Source: Octopus bimaculoides
Lineage: Eukaryota
Length of the DNA stretch: 64,000 nt
Direction of reading: 5' to 3'
NCBI RefSeq assembly: GCF_001194135.2
Contig: NC_068990.1
Span: 88,427,180-88,491,179, forward strand
Within the stretch, counting starts at the first letter, position 1. Each line of letters begins with the position of its first letter. The notes beneath the pieces are model-generated. The model made no database searches. It was not told the DNA's origin and saw only the letters and a list, made by a program, of their open reading frames with translations. A program made the position numbers and the translations under genes. This document shows positions 25,609-39,299 of the stretch, one piece after another.

Positions 25609-27145
25609 GTATCTTAAATAGCTTCTCTCTTGCTGTCTGTCTATGAAATTTTGTTTTATTTTGTGTTAAATGTCAGAGGAAGATTGGCTGACTCCATGAC
25701 AATTTCCTCAGTGTTTGTGAGTGGTGGAAGAGTGAGAGCGGAATCTAGCTCAATACCACAGTCATTCTCAAATGCTTGGACATCATTAATCCTGCCCAAG
25801 AGTCAGGTATTAAACTGAGTGATGGATTAAGTCTGCCAACCAAACAGGGAAAATATGAAAGCTTGTTCTCTCTAGTTGGCTTCTACATAGTTTTCATTCA
25901 CTAAAATTCTTCCTTTGATGTGAAGCAAATTTTTACTCACATAATCAAGACTCCACCCAGTACCAAAATGTTGTGAAGTAAACTTCTTTAAATCACAGTC
26001 ATACCTGAGGATTCCTATGTAGATCTTCTCTTAATTTCTATTTTGACCTTTCCATCTGTACCATATGTCGTCATCCAAAACTGTGTACAATATAATGCCC
26101 TCAGTCTTCATTAGAATTCAGTAATCCTTTGAAATAACCTTCAAATGCTCTAATGATACTTTTGATCCACCATCTTTAAGTATAATAAATACTACTCATA
26201 ATGATAATGGTTTCTAATTTATCCACAAAACCAGGAATTTATTCTTTACCATCGACTTCAGTATTTGAATGATACTGTATTTTATCAATCCCTGAATGGA
26301 TAACAACAAAGTTGACCTTTGCTGGATTTGAACTCAGAACATAGAGTCTCAATACATAATGCAAAGGATTTCTTCCAATATTCTAATGATTCTTTGAGAT
26401 GACAATTCTGAATTTTAATAACACAATCTGACAGCCAACGGCTTATGAGTATCCAACTTCCACCTGTGCAGATATATTTGACACCACACCGTCAGAATGG
26501 CTTTTCCACCTCCATTCAAATCTACAGTCTCAGAGCCACGCAAACTTGTAGAGAAGACACCAACTATATCTAACTTGCATCACTGGCTGCCCCCACTAGT
26601 GCCTGCTATTTACCCATAAGGTTTGTGATATTCCAGCACCTAATTTTTAGCAGCTGTTCCCTCATAGACCTGCTTCAGGGACCTTTCATTTGTGCTTCCA
26701 CCCCATGCTTCTCAGAACAAGTTACAGGTTTATCGCTGTTGTACTAAGACTGAGTAAAGACTGCAATATATTTTTCAAGTAGGTGGCTGTACCTAACTTC
26801 CAAATGCACCTCTTGTTTCTTACATGATAGACGATGCAGTATGGTTATTATTTTGAAGACAGTCCATATCGTAGCTTGTAGTGTTATTTGTGCAACTTTC
26901 AAGCAGGTAATTGTACTTAGCCCACATATTTTATGTATTGGAACATGAATATGCATAGACACACATATAAGTATGTATATGTACATATACATATATGCAT
27001 ACATGTGTATATATCTATGTCTGTCTGCTGATTTTTTCAATTTGTTTCACTCAGTCCATTTTATTCAAAATTTGTCATTATCTCATTCTCACCTTCTTCC
27101 TAATATACAAGCATCATTGATATCAAATTCTGTTTCCAATTTCAG

Positions 27146-27316
27146 CTTATAAATACATTGACTGCGGAAATCCAAAAGAAGTTGTTGGTGCAAAGAAGTC
27201 CTACAAAACTACCACTTATAAATCTGAAGTGACCTATATTTGTCCAAAGGGAGAGCAACTGAAATCGATATGTGAACAGAACAGTGAATGGACTCTCGTA
27301 GCAAAAACCTGCAATG
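27146..27316 (+). CDS. Exon S7: Sushi/CCP domain
   Basis: tttcag|CTTATA ... AATG|gtaata; 171 nt; DCGNPKEVVGAK...YICPKGEQLKSICEQNSEWTLVAKTCN. Confidence 0.88.
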
Positions 27317-27659
27317 GTAATATAAATAGCTTCTATTCTGTTATTTCTGTCTACATAAGTTTGTTTTATTTTTGTTAAATGTCTTTGTCAGAGGAAGACT
27401 AAATGTATCCACAACAATTTAGATGGTGTTTGTGGCTCATGCAAGGAAGAGTGGAAGCTCTCCTTAGATCAGAGACCTTCTCAAATGCTTGCAACAGACT
27501 GGACTCCATTAATACTATCCAAAGGTCAGGTAATACTATTAAATTGGGGGTTCGATTACGTCTGCCAACCAAGAGCTAGAAGTGTAGAAGTTTGTTGTCT
27601 CTAGCAGGCTTCACATAGTTTCTCACCACCACATTTCATCAACAAGTCTTAGTTACTCT

Positions 27660-28062
27660 CACTTACTCTTTACTCTTTTACTTGTTTCAGTCATTTGACT
27701 GCGGCCATGCTGGAGCACCGCCTTTAGTCGAGCAAATCGACCCCAGGACTTATTCTTTGTAAGCCTAGTACTTATGCTATCGGTCTCTTTTGCCAAACCG
27801 CTAAGTTATTGAGGCGTAAACACACCATCATCAGTTGTCAAGTGATGTTGGGGGGACAAACATATACACACACATACATATATGTATGTACATGTATACG
27901 ACGAACTTCTTTCAGTCTCCGTCTACCAAATCCACTCACAAGGCTTTGGTTGGCCCGAGGCTATAGTAGAAGACACTTGCCCAAGGTGCCATGCAGTAGG
28001 AATGAACCCAGAACCATGTGGTTGGTAAGCAAGCTACTTACCATACAGCCACTCCTGCGCCT
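27660..28062 (-). mobile_element. Near full-length tRNA-derived SINE of a family I recognise as abundant in octopus DNA
   Basis: Minus strand: aggcgcaggagtggctgtatggtaag (A box), ctgggttcattcct (B box), ggcaccttgggcaagtgtcttct..., tail gactgaaacaagtaaaagagtaaagag; a second tail copy at about 59100-59190 (+). Confidence 0.8.
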
Positions 28063-28261
28063 GTGAAGTGAATATTTAACCACACAAACAAAATTCCACC
28101 CAATGCTATGTTGTTCAGTAAACTTATTACCTACACAGCTATGACTCAGCTCATCTTGATAGATTTTCTCTTAACTTCTAACTTGACCTTTCTCACTCAT
28201 ACTTTGTGTCATTCTCCAAAACTCTGTACAATATAAGGCCTGAATCCTTCCTTACTAAAAC

Positions 28262-28345
28262 TTTTATATTTCATTGCTCTATATTTTTTACTTTAAATCC
28301 AGTTTTTATATTTCATTGCTCTATATTTTTTACTTTAAATCCAGT
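28262..28345 (+). repeat. Perfect 42-bp tandem duplication containing the A4 splice acceptor
   Basis: ttttatatttcattgctctatattttttactttaaatccagt at 28262-28303 and 28304-28345. Confidence 0.97.
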
Positions 28346-28584
28346 TAACCAAATCTATTTTGTGAAAGTGAGAGGTGCACATCTGGATGTTTTTGAGAAA
28401 ACATTGTGGTCTAAAACACGGACAACAGCAGAAAACTGTGCGAAAAAATGTCTGTCTGACAAAAACTGCTTATCATTTGAAGTAACTAAAGGAAGAGCAC
28501 GATGTTACTTATCAAAGAAAAGTGCAGCTCTCTCTGACAAACTAAGAGTGGCCAAGGCCAGAGATTACTACCAACGAGTAAAAG
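28345..28584 (+). CDS. Exon A4: PAN/apple-like domain, class A
   Basis: atccag|TTAACC ... AAAG|gtaatt; 240 nt; CAKKCLSDKNCLSFEVTKGRARCYLS...RDYYQRV; a duplicated acceptor lies 42 nt upstream. Confidence 0.87.
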
Positions 28585-29979
28585 GTAATTAATTTTTGTA
28601 TTTGGCCTTTGTTTTCGTGTTTTTCTAAAATTTGTGATTTCATTTGTACTTCATAGTATATAGACAACCATTTTAATGAAGACATCGACAGGTTTACCTA
28701 TAAGGACAGGCATAGACACATGTCACTTTCTGACCATCATGTGGAGTGAAAGAATATGCAATTTTCCATTACTCTTGATACCCATACAAATGGAAAGAAT
28801 TTGGCTAAAAGTATGCTAAGATCACCAGACGTGAAACCTCATTACCAAATATAGAAATATATGTTGTGAGTTTTGTCCAACACAAAACTATCATGGATTT
28901 CAATGTTAAGTACCACTACATATTTACTGGAAGGATGGAGAGATTGATTGGTATCTCAGTGGAAACAGGCCACCTTGAATGTGACTTTGTCTATGGTAGC
29001 CATTTTGGCTTACATTGACAATGTCACTGTCATGGTATCAGACTCTTTGGATGTAGAAGCCATAGATAAGATACTGAAAGAGTACTAGGTTTGTACAGGC
29101 ACATACATAAACTGAGACAAATTAATGTTCTTGCAACTGCCACTTGGAGAGATAAGCCCAAGTTAACCATTAGTGAAAGTGCTCAGAATCTGTTGCAAAT
29201 TAGAGTACCAGGTAGATTTGAACTGAGATGTTGTGAGTGGGGTGACCTGCCTCACTCAGAAATGGGCTAAAAGGAAACTGTCTCTGAATACTAGCACAGA
29301 TGCAAGTAATGCAGACATTGATTTGGTGGTGTACTACCATCTGACTCTCACACGTTGATCAGGCTAGAATAGATACTTTTCCACTTCTTTTAGAAGGAAT
29401 AGGTTCCACTGGTCAGGAAATCAATTTGCTGCCACACCTACTTTATAATAGTTTGTAAATGTCATACTCTGATGCTGACTCACCTACAGAAGTTTCTGAC
29501 CCAATGCAATGATGATGACAACGATGAAAACCAGTATGAACTGATGAAAACCAGTGTACCTTTCTGTAGCTCATCTCCTTGACTAAGCAACAACCATGAG
29601 TCATGCATAGAACAAGGCTGGACATTTTGTATCTAGAATGTTGCCAGGTGCTCGCAGCAATAGAACAGCAGGTCAAGAGCATTGTCAGGAAAGTAATTAT
29701 AGATTTTTATAGAGGATTAATTGACTGTAAGAGGGATGATGGCCTGGGATTAACTCTGGGTATCAATGACAACAGCTTGAACAGTTTCTTCTGGAGGACT
29801 TTTGGGCTGGGGTTTATGGACACAGTTGTATTTCATCCTTTATATTGTCCTCAATCTTTACTATTATCGTCATCTGCAGCAATAGCAGCAGCATTTCCTC
29901 AGATAAATAATCAAGTAGTGCAGGAAAGTATAATAACCAGTCCTTGGTCTATAGTATCATTGTAAAGTGGTACAAAAGC

Positions 29980-30470
29980 AAATGAGACATGGTAGAGAAA
30001 GGGAATTGTAGTGGAGTTAAATTATTGACTCAGGCTATGAAGATCATTGAGAGATTCACAAATGATACCACAAAAGATAAACCCTACATGAGATGCAACT
30101 TGGTTTCATACCTGGTACAGTTACAATGGATGCAATCTTTCTAGTGAGACACAGCAGCACAAGAAACACTTTACTGAGAATAAACTACTATTCTTAGTAT
30201 TCACTAACACAGTCAATGCTTTTGACAGTGTGGCACACTCAGTAATTTGGTGGCCACTAAGGAAATTATATGTAAATAAATGGGTTGTGAAGGCTGTACA
30301 AGCTGTGTTCAAAGATACAGGAAGTAAAGTAAGAGTTAAAAATGATTTCAACAATGAATTTTACATTGACATTGAGTGGCATCCTGCATGAACTTGATTG
30401 CAGAATATCTGTTTCAATATATGTGGACAACACTACCATCATATTGTTGGACATCAAGCACAACAAATGA
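29980..30470 (+). mobile_element. Old degenerate LINE reverse transcriptase fragment (RTE-like)
   Basis: Decayed DAIFLVR...AFD.V.HSVIWW.LRK...AVQAVFKD pattern. Confidence 0.5.
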
Positions 30471-31653
30471 TTGGCACTGCTCTAATGGACTATGAGATGA
30501 TAACAGGATGAAATATCAACCCAGGAAAGTCAGCACCCAAAGAGTGGAAAACTGGGCAAATCGTGGTGATGACGCACAAATATGTACTGAGGCTGTGACA
30601 TGCCTAGTAGTTCTTTGACAGTGAACATGTATGATTATTGTTTGAGCTGTGGAGAAACAGCATCTCTCTTTCAGAGAGCTGCAGTCATTGGTCAAACAAA
30701 GACCAAGACAGGCTGTTTGGTAACCAAATTCTCATAAAGTTCTCACAGTATTCCACTAATAGGGTTCTGTGGTCAGTAGAATTTCCTCTTTTGCTTTGTA
30801 TAGAAGGTTAGATGAAAGTTAGTGCAACAATGTTCTTGAGAAATTTGGATGCTGGTCAGCTCCTGAAGAATTGCAGACCAGACTACAGAAAGAGGGCATT
30901 TGCTTTAGCAATTAGGAGGACTGTAGTTTTGTAAGGTTTCCACAAATAACTCTTGGATGTCTCCGATGCTTTGGGACATTTTTCTTTGTTTGAAAATATT
31001 GTTTCTGTGTTATTTTACATTTTCTTTTATGTAATCCTACTTTGTATCTTCTGTGGTCTTGTCTGGCATTAAGGTTTAGTAAAGAAATCATCATCATATC
31101 GATAGTTTAAAATATTAGGTAATTAATAAGAAGTACAAGCAATTGAAATTTTGACTAGAATATAAAACCATATGGTGCATTGTTTTATAAATAAATGGAT
31201 AATATAAAATCACAATCGATCCACAAAACTATTTTTCAGTGCAAAACACTCTTCAAAGAATCAATGCAAATTATAGCGCATCATGAAACATACATGAAAG
31301 ATTATCTTAATATTTCAGTTATAGATAATCCATTTGTACATCTTTCTTCTGATGATGGGCATTTGTTTAAGACTGACTGACCATAACAGCAGTATCAACC
31401 CTTCAAATCGTACCATTAGAAATGTACAAATGTATTGTCTGCAGCCTAAATATGAAACAAAGTTTCAAATAAGTCTGATGACGTTCTGATTAGGGTGTCA
31501 TTTCAAGGATCAATTCTTTTTGTTTATAATAAATTGGCTGTTTACAAAATAATGCACCAGATGATTTACAATATTTATTTTATGTGTGTGTGGGTGTGTT
31601 TAGGTTGGTTCATGAGTATAAAATATATTTCTTGATTTTTTATTTCTTTCCAG

Positions 31654-31887
31654 CTGACGACAAGTTCTTAATACTTAAAAGAGTTAGCATACCACCAAAT
31701 AATATTTTGGGGCACCTTAAGAATAAGACATTAAAGGATTGTAGTGAAGTTTGCCAACACTATCCAAGATGTAATTCTTATCAGTATAATAAAAAAGATA
31801 AATTATGTGACCTGAGTAATGCAACTCAGGCAACCCCTGAACTTAGACCCAACAATGGAAAGTGGGATACTTACATCTTTAAAGAAG
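31654..31887 (+). CDS. Exon B5: PAN/apple-like domain, class B (subtype a)
   Basis: ttccag|CTGACG ... GAAG|gtcagt; 234 nt; CSEVCQHYPRCNSYQYNKKDKLCDLSNAT...WDTY. Confidence 0.88.
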
Positions 31888-31928
31888 GTCAGTAGAGTAT
31901 TTTCATCTGATTTATTGTGTACATGTCA

Positions 31929-31963
<35 letters not shown>

Positions 31964-32542
31964 CATGGGTTGGACAGAGCTTATTCAGGCAGATTTTCTA
32001 CAGGTGGATGCCTTTCCTGTTACCAACCCTTACTTGTTTCCAAGCAAGATAATATTTTCCCATAGACAGACATGTTTTCACAGAATACTGGAAATGCTTT
32101 CCACTGCTTTATGACAGTGGCAATTGTTTTACATTTATCACTTGATGTCAAGACAAGGAGACACAGACACATGCTCATGCATATATATGTGTGTATAGGT
32201 ATACACATGCATGTATGTACATACACATACATACATACATATGTATGTGTGTGCCTGTGTACACATATGTACATATGTGTGTATATATGCTGTGTGCAAA
32301 TCTCTTCAATATCTTTTACTCATGAAATTTCATTCTAAATTCCTCCTATATATTTGTGTATGTGTATGAGTACATATATGCATATATGTAAGTATATGTA
32401 TGTATTTGTATATGTGCGTGTCTGTATTTATAGCTGTGTGAAAATTTCTTCAGTTTGTTTCACTTAATATACTTTATTCTCAGTTTGATATTAACAACCT
32501 TGTTCTCACTCACCACTGATATTATTTTCTCATCAATTCCAG

Positions 32543-32713
32543 CTCACAGAAAAATTGACTGTGGACCACCAAAAGATGTTGCTGCTGCAAAAAAGTCCTA
32601 CACATCCACCACCTATAAATCTGAAGTGACCTATAAGTGTCCAATGGCACATGTATTGAAATCAGTGTGCAAAGAGGATAATAAATGGACTTCTGTAGTG
32701 TCAAGTTGTAAAG
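32543..32713 (+). CDS. Exon S8: Sushi/CCP domain
   Basis: ttccag|CTCACA ... AAAG|gtaata; 171 nt; DCGPPKDVAAAK...YKCPMAHVLKSVCKEDNKWTSVVSSCK. Confidence 0.88.
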
Positions 32714-35249
32714 GTAATATAAATAGGTTCTTCCTTGTTGCCTCTGTCTAAGTAATTTTGTTTTAGTTTTGTTAAATGTATTTGTCAGAGACAGAATGGC
32801 TGTGGCCATAACAGTTTCCATTGTGATTGTGTTTGATGGAAGGAAGAGAAGTTATCCAGAGACCTCTTCAAATGCTTGCAACAGGAAGAGATTCAGTAAA
32901 GTTTCTCAAGAGTCAGGCAAAGGTGTTAGTTTGGGGGATTATCTATGTATACCACATAAACTCAGGAAGCATGGAATCTTGTTTGCCTCAGCAGGCTTCC
33001 ACATAGTTTCCATCCACCAGATTAAATTCACAATGCTTAGTTGTGAAGCTGACTTTTAATATGCAACCAGAAGTCCACACAGTACCACAGCTATTAAGTG
33101 AACTTAACACATCCACAGCTATAACTCAGTTCATCTTGGCCATTTTTCTCTTCATTTGTATGTTGACCTTTCTCTTCAATACATTGTGTCTTCTTCGAAA
33201 ATTGTACAATACAATGTTCTGAGTCCTTCTTTACCAGAATTCAGTAATAATTTGAAACTGACTTTGATGCTTTAGTTATCTTCTGGTCCAACATCTTAAA
33301 TGATACAAATAATAATAATGGTTACTCATTTACCTACAAAACCAGCATTTTAAACTAGAATGGGTTTAGTCAATATCACCGAGTCCAGTACTTGAGTGGT
33401 GTTACATGTTATTGACTCCAACAAGACAGAAAATCAAAGTTGACATAAGCTGAATTTGAACAAAAAAACATGAAGAATCTGAATACATGCCATAAAGCAT
33501 TTCTTCAAACTTTATAATTTGTATATATTTATATATTTAAAATAAAGATGAGGATGATGATAGAATCCTTGAATGCAGAAGGACCTCTAACTAGATCCAA
33601 CTGAGAAACTCCACCATCAAAGATCTCAAACTCCAAGAGGAAGTGTCTTCTCTGGTTATTTGTCTGTGACCTACAGGTTTATAGACTGTGGGCCTCATCT
33701 ACTCCTACTATTTTAACCACTTTTCCTATGATTTCTATAGTTTCCTTTGAGGACAGTATTTTTATCTCCAGCATCACCTTCTTTACAGGTGAAACTTTGA
33801 AAATTCAGAGGTGAGATTGACCAAAGAAGAAAGTTCCTATCATCAGACCTCACAACCTCATCCACCAGACAACCTCTTTTGCCATAGCTACTAGACAGAG
33901 GCAAACTTCCTTCTCTGCTTGGTTAAGGATGCAAGGCTATAATCACTATGGACTCGACTAACAGCCAGACCTGTCTCATGCAAAATGGCTGCTGTTTGAC
34001 ATAAATCTATCTGTCATTAATACCTTGTAAAATAAATTTATTGCACTGTGCACATCTCAGACTGCACTCCCTAGTATTTCCTGACAACAAAGGTCTTTGA
34101 AACAAACTTACCTCTTCATTTTCATTGATGCCCAGAGTGTTCCTAAGAATGGTGGTGCTCTTTAATTCACTAATCCTATATAGATTGCTCCACTGGAACA
34201 TTTAGTAATTTGATTGACCATGTCAGGTTTAATCCAGTAAACTTTATCATATGTAATCCTTAGGATTACTTGAGATAACATAGCCTTCCCTTTTTTAGGA
34301 TAATAGGTTGTGATTGGAGGAGATTTTGTAACTATTTCGGACGTGTCAGATATTGATATAAGGCCTTCTACAGTGGCTGGTCCACAGTAAATATTGAAAT
34401 TAATATTGCAAGCTAACAGATCTGACGCAGCTTATTGTCTGGTATAATCTGTTGCCTGATTCAGTACCACCACCTGGTCCTTCAAATATCCATGTTGAAT
34501 GTAGTAGACAATATTTGGTTAATGTTTATATATCTATTCCTGTAATAAATTTATGCATTAACCCACAGATGCTCAGACTGGGCATAGACGATATGAATCT
34601 CAAGTATAGGAGGGAGGATGGCATGGGAATTTCTTGACATTGCTGTTTTCATCATGACTAACTGAAGAAATAATGATACTACTTCACTCTAATCGATTAT
34701 GTATTCATTGTTTAGGTACATAGTCAAGCATAATAAAAGAAAGCAATAAGATTATGTGGTATTCATGTCTTTCTCAAAGGCACTAATTGTCTATGTAAAA
34801 TGAACTGATTGAGACTGAAAATCAAAGCTTGATCATTGATTCACACTACTCAGTCCACATTTATACTAAAAAAATAACTATGGGAAAATACTGAAGGTCA
34901 TTTCCTGCAAGGAAAACAAATAGTAATGTAGCTACATATTGAAGCAAGATATTATGATGAATTAAAATTTCTCTGCCAGTGGGTGGTAAAATCATTATGT
35001 TAATGACTTATTCTCATCATGAAATTCAGAAGAGACATCCTCATAAAGATAATCATATTTTTACATCATGCTAAAATTTAATTTTCATGAATTAGAATTC
35101 CTTAGATTGCTACATTAAATTGTTAGTGTCCACATTCACTACATACAAATATTAATCCACTAGATAATGATGATAGTACTGCTGTTTTAGTTTCCAAGGA
35201 CAAATCATTGCAAAATCAGTAACTAACAATACATCCTTTTGAATTGTAG

Positions 35250-35592
35250 TGTCTCACACAGACGTGCCATATTGAGATCTCGCTAGCAGCCATTAGCTGC
35301 TTGAGACCGGAGTGAGATCTCACAAACTTCTGGTGGGCATGCACAACGAGACAGTAAGCTTGAGCTTGTTCACTCTCTTTTCCCATGCACCTCTCACGCT
35401 AGAAGCAGCTTGTCTCACTAGCAGCAACTTGCTGCCTCAAACATACAACACGGTGGACAATACACTATGCTAGAAATGGTTAACGAGAGCCAAACTTCGA
35501 GCCTGTAAATAAATGTTATTCGGATTTGTTATCTCACTTTGTCTTTGACTTGATACTTCGCTTGACTGGATTTAAATTTATAATGAGAGACA
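35250..35592. mobile_element. Candidate solo LTR or other insertion absent from paralogous introns
   Basis: TG...CA ends with a 9-bp imperfect inverted repeat (tgtctcaca / tgagagaca), an internal AATAAA and higher GC; it interrupts the pre-A block. No target-site duplication seen. Confidence 0.35.
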
Positions 35593-36016
35593 CAAGATAC
35601 TCTACCTGTATCTTGGCCAACAATGGCCTCATGTTATAGAATTTTGGGTTCAACTCTCATCTGAATGCACTTCACTTTTCCTACTTTTGACATTGATAAC
35701 GCAAGCATTAATCAGGTTTGAGATTGATTTATTCATATGCATTCTCACTGCAAAGTTTGTAGCCTTGTGTTTTAATTTAGAAATGATTATCATTAATATT
35801 GATAATCTCAGCAATAAAGGATTGACAGAATTATTTAAGCCTCAGATAAAATATGTAGTGGAATTTTTTCTGACTCTAGAATTAAATGCCAATCAAATGT
35901 AGAGGCCAGTTTAATTGACCAGCTCCTGCCACAAAATTTTGTCTTTTTTTCTTCTATGTTAGAAATTATGATTACAGTTGTTCTTTTCATTCATCTAAAT
36001 TTTACTTTAATTCTAG

Positions 36017-36256
36017 ATACTCTGATCCAGTTTGTGAAAATAAAAGATGCATTTCTTGATACATATGGAAAATCACCATTGAACCAGAAAAATGCAACAC
36101 CAGAAGAATGTGCAACAAAATGTTTGTCTTACTCAAATTGTTTATCGATTGAAATGGATAATGAAAATGGGAAATGTTTCTTATCAACAAAATCTGCAAC
36201 TTCTTCCAAGACATTAAAAGGAGCCAAAAGGAAAGATTACTACCAACGTATAAAAC
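36017..36256 (+). CDS. Exon A5: PAN/apple-like domain, class A
   Basis: ttctag|ATACTC ... AAAC|gtaatt; 240 nt; CATKCLSYSNCLSIEMDNENGKCFLS...KDYYQRI. Confidence 0.88.
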
Positions 36257-37706
36257 GTAATTATTCTTTGTATTTTAATATTATGATTCTCTTTCCCTCT
36301 TTTTCTAAAATTTGTAATTTCATTTGTAATTTATAGTATATAGACAACTATTTCTGTAAAGGCATTGACAGGTTTAACTATAAGGACAGACATGACCCTG
36401 AAGAAAAAGTAGTATTTGGAAGTGTGAATACTGTTAGGACATTCTCATACAGCATTTGTTCACCTCAAACATTTGATGTTTTCAATCATTGCTTTATATA
36501 AGAACGGAAACTCTTGTATTTCTTAAATCAAGGTAGTGGTGGTCGTCGTCGTTTTCGTGGCAGCAGGAGTGGCATGTGTGTGGGAGGGGGGGGTAACATT
36601 TTCCAATTTTGGCTCAGTGACAGTGGCTTTGAAGAGACAGTGTTAGTCAATGCCATCACACCCAGTTCTTGTCTGGTATAATATTGTGTCAACTCCAAAA
36701 GGCAAAGTTGACCTCCATAGAGCGTGAACTCGGAATTTAATGAATTAGAAGAAATACCACTAGATGGCATAGCTTAAGTGCAGTATCTCACTACTAGTTG
36801 CAGTCCTTCATAATCTGATATGAAAAATAACTGGAAAAGTAATGCCAGTCTACATAGTTATGTATCTCCTATATTTTGGCATGTTTACTTGGGATGGACA
36901 CCCTTCCTATCACCAACCATTATACAACATACAGAGATTATATATTCCCATACAACTGGAGTTCGAAAAGTTGTCTGCTGGGACAAAAGGAAAGGATCCT
37001 CTCAACATAAAATAAATTCCTATTCAGAATAGTTCCAAAATAAATTAACCTGTAATTTCACACACTCTTTGAGCTCAAAGATTTTGTCCTTTCCTATCAA
37101 AATCATTTATTCTCGAATCCCTGGATATCAGAGGAAATTCACTAGGCTTAGTGATCTCAGTATTAGAATACTCAAGGATTCTAGGATGTTGTTTTTATCA
37201 TGATAAATTTTTCTGAGTCAAAGAGAAAAGTGAGCCATTTCTCTGTATATCTATGAAGAAATTTAACTGAGCTGAAGTTGCAGATCTCACTGCAACATTT
37301 AACCTGGATACACTCAACAAATTCAAGCACATTCAAGGATCATGTTTATACATAGACAATATCTGAGCAATTTCGAGAAATTTGAACTGCCATACCATGA
37401 ATAAATTTTGGAGGCTCCTAACAGAAATCTTCAAGAAGTTTGATTCAAATATAATGATTGCAAACGAGAATACTAAAACGAACTCAAACTCTCTCAAAAA
37501 TTAAGTAAAAAATCAGGAAAAATAATCCAGACCCCTTGTCCAGTACCAGATCGACCCCCAAATCTTATTAGTTTGTGCCAGTCACAAGGCCAAATATCCC
37601 TGAAAGTTTCATCTGCATCCACCCAGCTGTACTTGAGATATCGTGTCCATGGACAAACAAACAAACAAACACGACTGAAAACAATACTTCTGCCTTTGCT
37701 AAGGAG

Positions 37707-37709
37707 AAA

Positions 37710-37748
<39 letters not shown>

Positions 37749-37752
37749 GTAA
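37707..37752. repeat. (AAT)n microsatellite
   Basis: Direct inspection. Confidence 0.9.
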
Positions 37753-38529
37753 TAATCATCAGCTTCATCACAGTTTTATAAGATGGTGAAAGGGCAGAAG
37801 GTTCACAGGCATTTCATCCATATTCATATTCTGAGTTCAAACTCTGTCGATGTTGCCTTTGGCTTTCATCCTTGTAGAGTTGATGAATTAAGTAACAATC
37901 AAGTACTCGGGCCAATGTAATCTGTTAGTCCCTTCCACAAAATTTCAGGCCTTAAAACATTAGATAATTATGTAGAAGCAGCATATAAATAAAATATCAG
38001 AAAGCCTTCTGGTTCAGTAATTTTTATATGGACAATTTATTGTGGAAACACAATCCATCCACAAAAATAATTTTCAGAGCATGATATCCATCTCAAAGTT
38101 CATTTGAATTATACTAAATGATAAGACACATTTAGAAGCTCATCTCATTCTTTAGATTGTAGATAAATTATATGTACAGTCTACTTCTGCTGGTGTGCTT
38201 TTCTTTAAGATTAAATGGCTTTAACAGCACTTGACAAATTGGGTGATTATCAATTGAACAGCACTTAGACTATACAAAAATTCCCCACTAGTAGAGGAAT
38301 GTACAAATAAATTATATGCATCTTAAATTTTGAAACAGCATTTCAAATGTGTTTAAAGATATGCTACAACTCGTATGAATTCTGATTAAGCAGTCATTTT
38401 GTAGACTACTTACTTTTTTAAAATAAATTGTACATTTAAATCACATGAGGCACCAGATGCTTTATAATGTTTAATATGTCTGTGTTTGAATATAAATTGT
38501 ATTTCTTGTTTTCTTTCTTTTTGATCTAG

Positions 38530-38763
38530 TTTTTAGTGAGATTTTTAAATTTAAAAATGCTTACATACCAAAGCATGATACTTTTGGACAACTGAAAAAT
38601 GTGAGCTTAAATGAGTGCAAACATGTTTGTTATCAGACTTCAGAGTGTAACTCTTATGAGTATAATGAAATAACTTTGCTATGTGATCTAAGTAATGTAA
38701 CTCACCTGACTCATGACCTTCAACCCAACAATGAGGGTTGGGATATTTACATAATTAACCCAG
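38530..38763 (+). CDS. Exon B6: PAN/apple-like domain, class B (subtype b); absent from the ORF track
   Basis: atctag|TTTTTA ... CCAG|gttagt; 234 nt; FKFKNAYIPKHDTFGQLKNVSLNECKHVCYQTSECNSYEYNEITLLCDLSNVT...WDIYIINP. Confidence 0.87.
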
Positions 38764-38849
38764 GTTAGTAGAGAGTTTTCATTTTATTTCATTGTGTGTG
38801 TGCATACATGAGTCTGTGTGTTGGTGTATAATGTATATATGTGCATGTA

Positions 38850-38907
38850 CATACATGCATGCATGCATACATCCATCCATCCATCCATCCATCCATCCAT
38901 CCATCCA

Positions 38908-38938
<31 letters not shown>
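38850..38938. repeat. (CATC)n/(CATA)n microsatellite
   Basis: Direct inspection. Confidence 0.95.
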
Positions 38939-39299
38939 GTAAAATTTATCTTATGTGTACAAGTAGATGTACAACTGCTACTGTTAATTTTGGAGCTCCT
39001 CAGATTATCATGGTCCAGTCTGCTATATTTAGTAGTTGAAGAAATTACAATGAACACAGGTTTACATTATTAGCGCCAATGTACATCTCACCATTGTGGT
39101 GGCTTGAAACACTGCTTTGGATGTTCCATTATATTTGAATGCTTAACCAGAATGCATTAAATTGTTGAGAACTAAATGCAATAGTGTTTCCTGATGATCC
39201 AAATGCAACACTAATTTCAGGAAACCAGACGGCCACCTGATAACCTATCAATCAGGTGACTCTACTAGCCAGATTGATTTCATCCTCACCAGACAGTGG

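Noticed and set aside
17060-28062. tRNA-like A/B-box sequences as tRNA genes
   Set aside because: They are SINE heads followed by repeat bodies and tails, with no complete cloverleaf.
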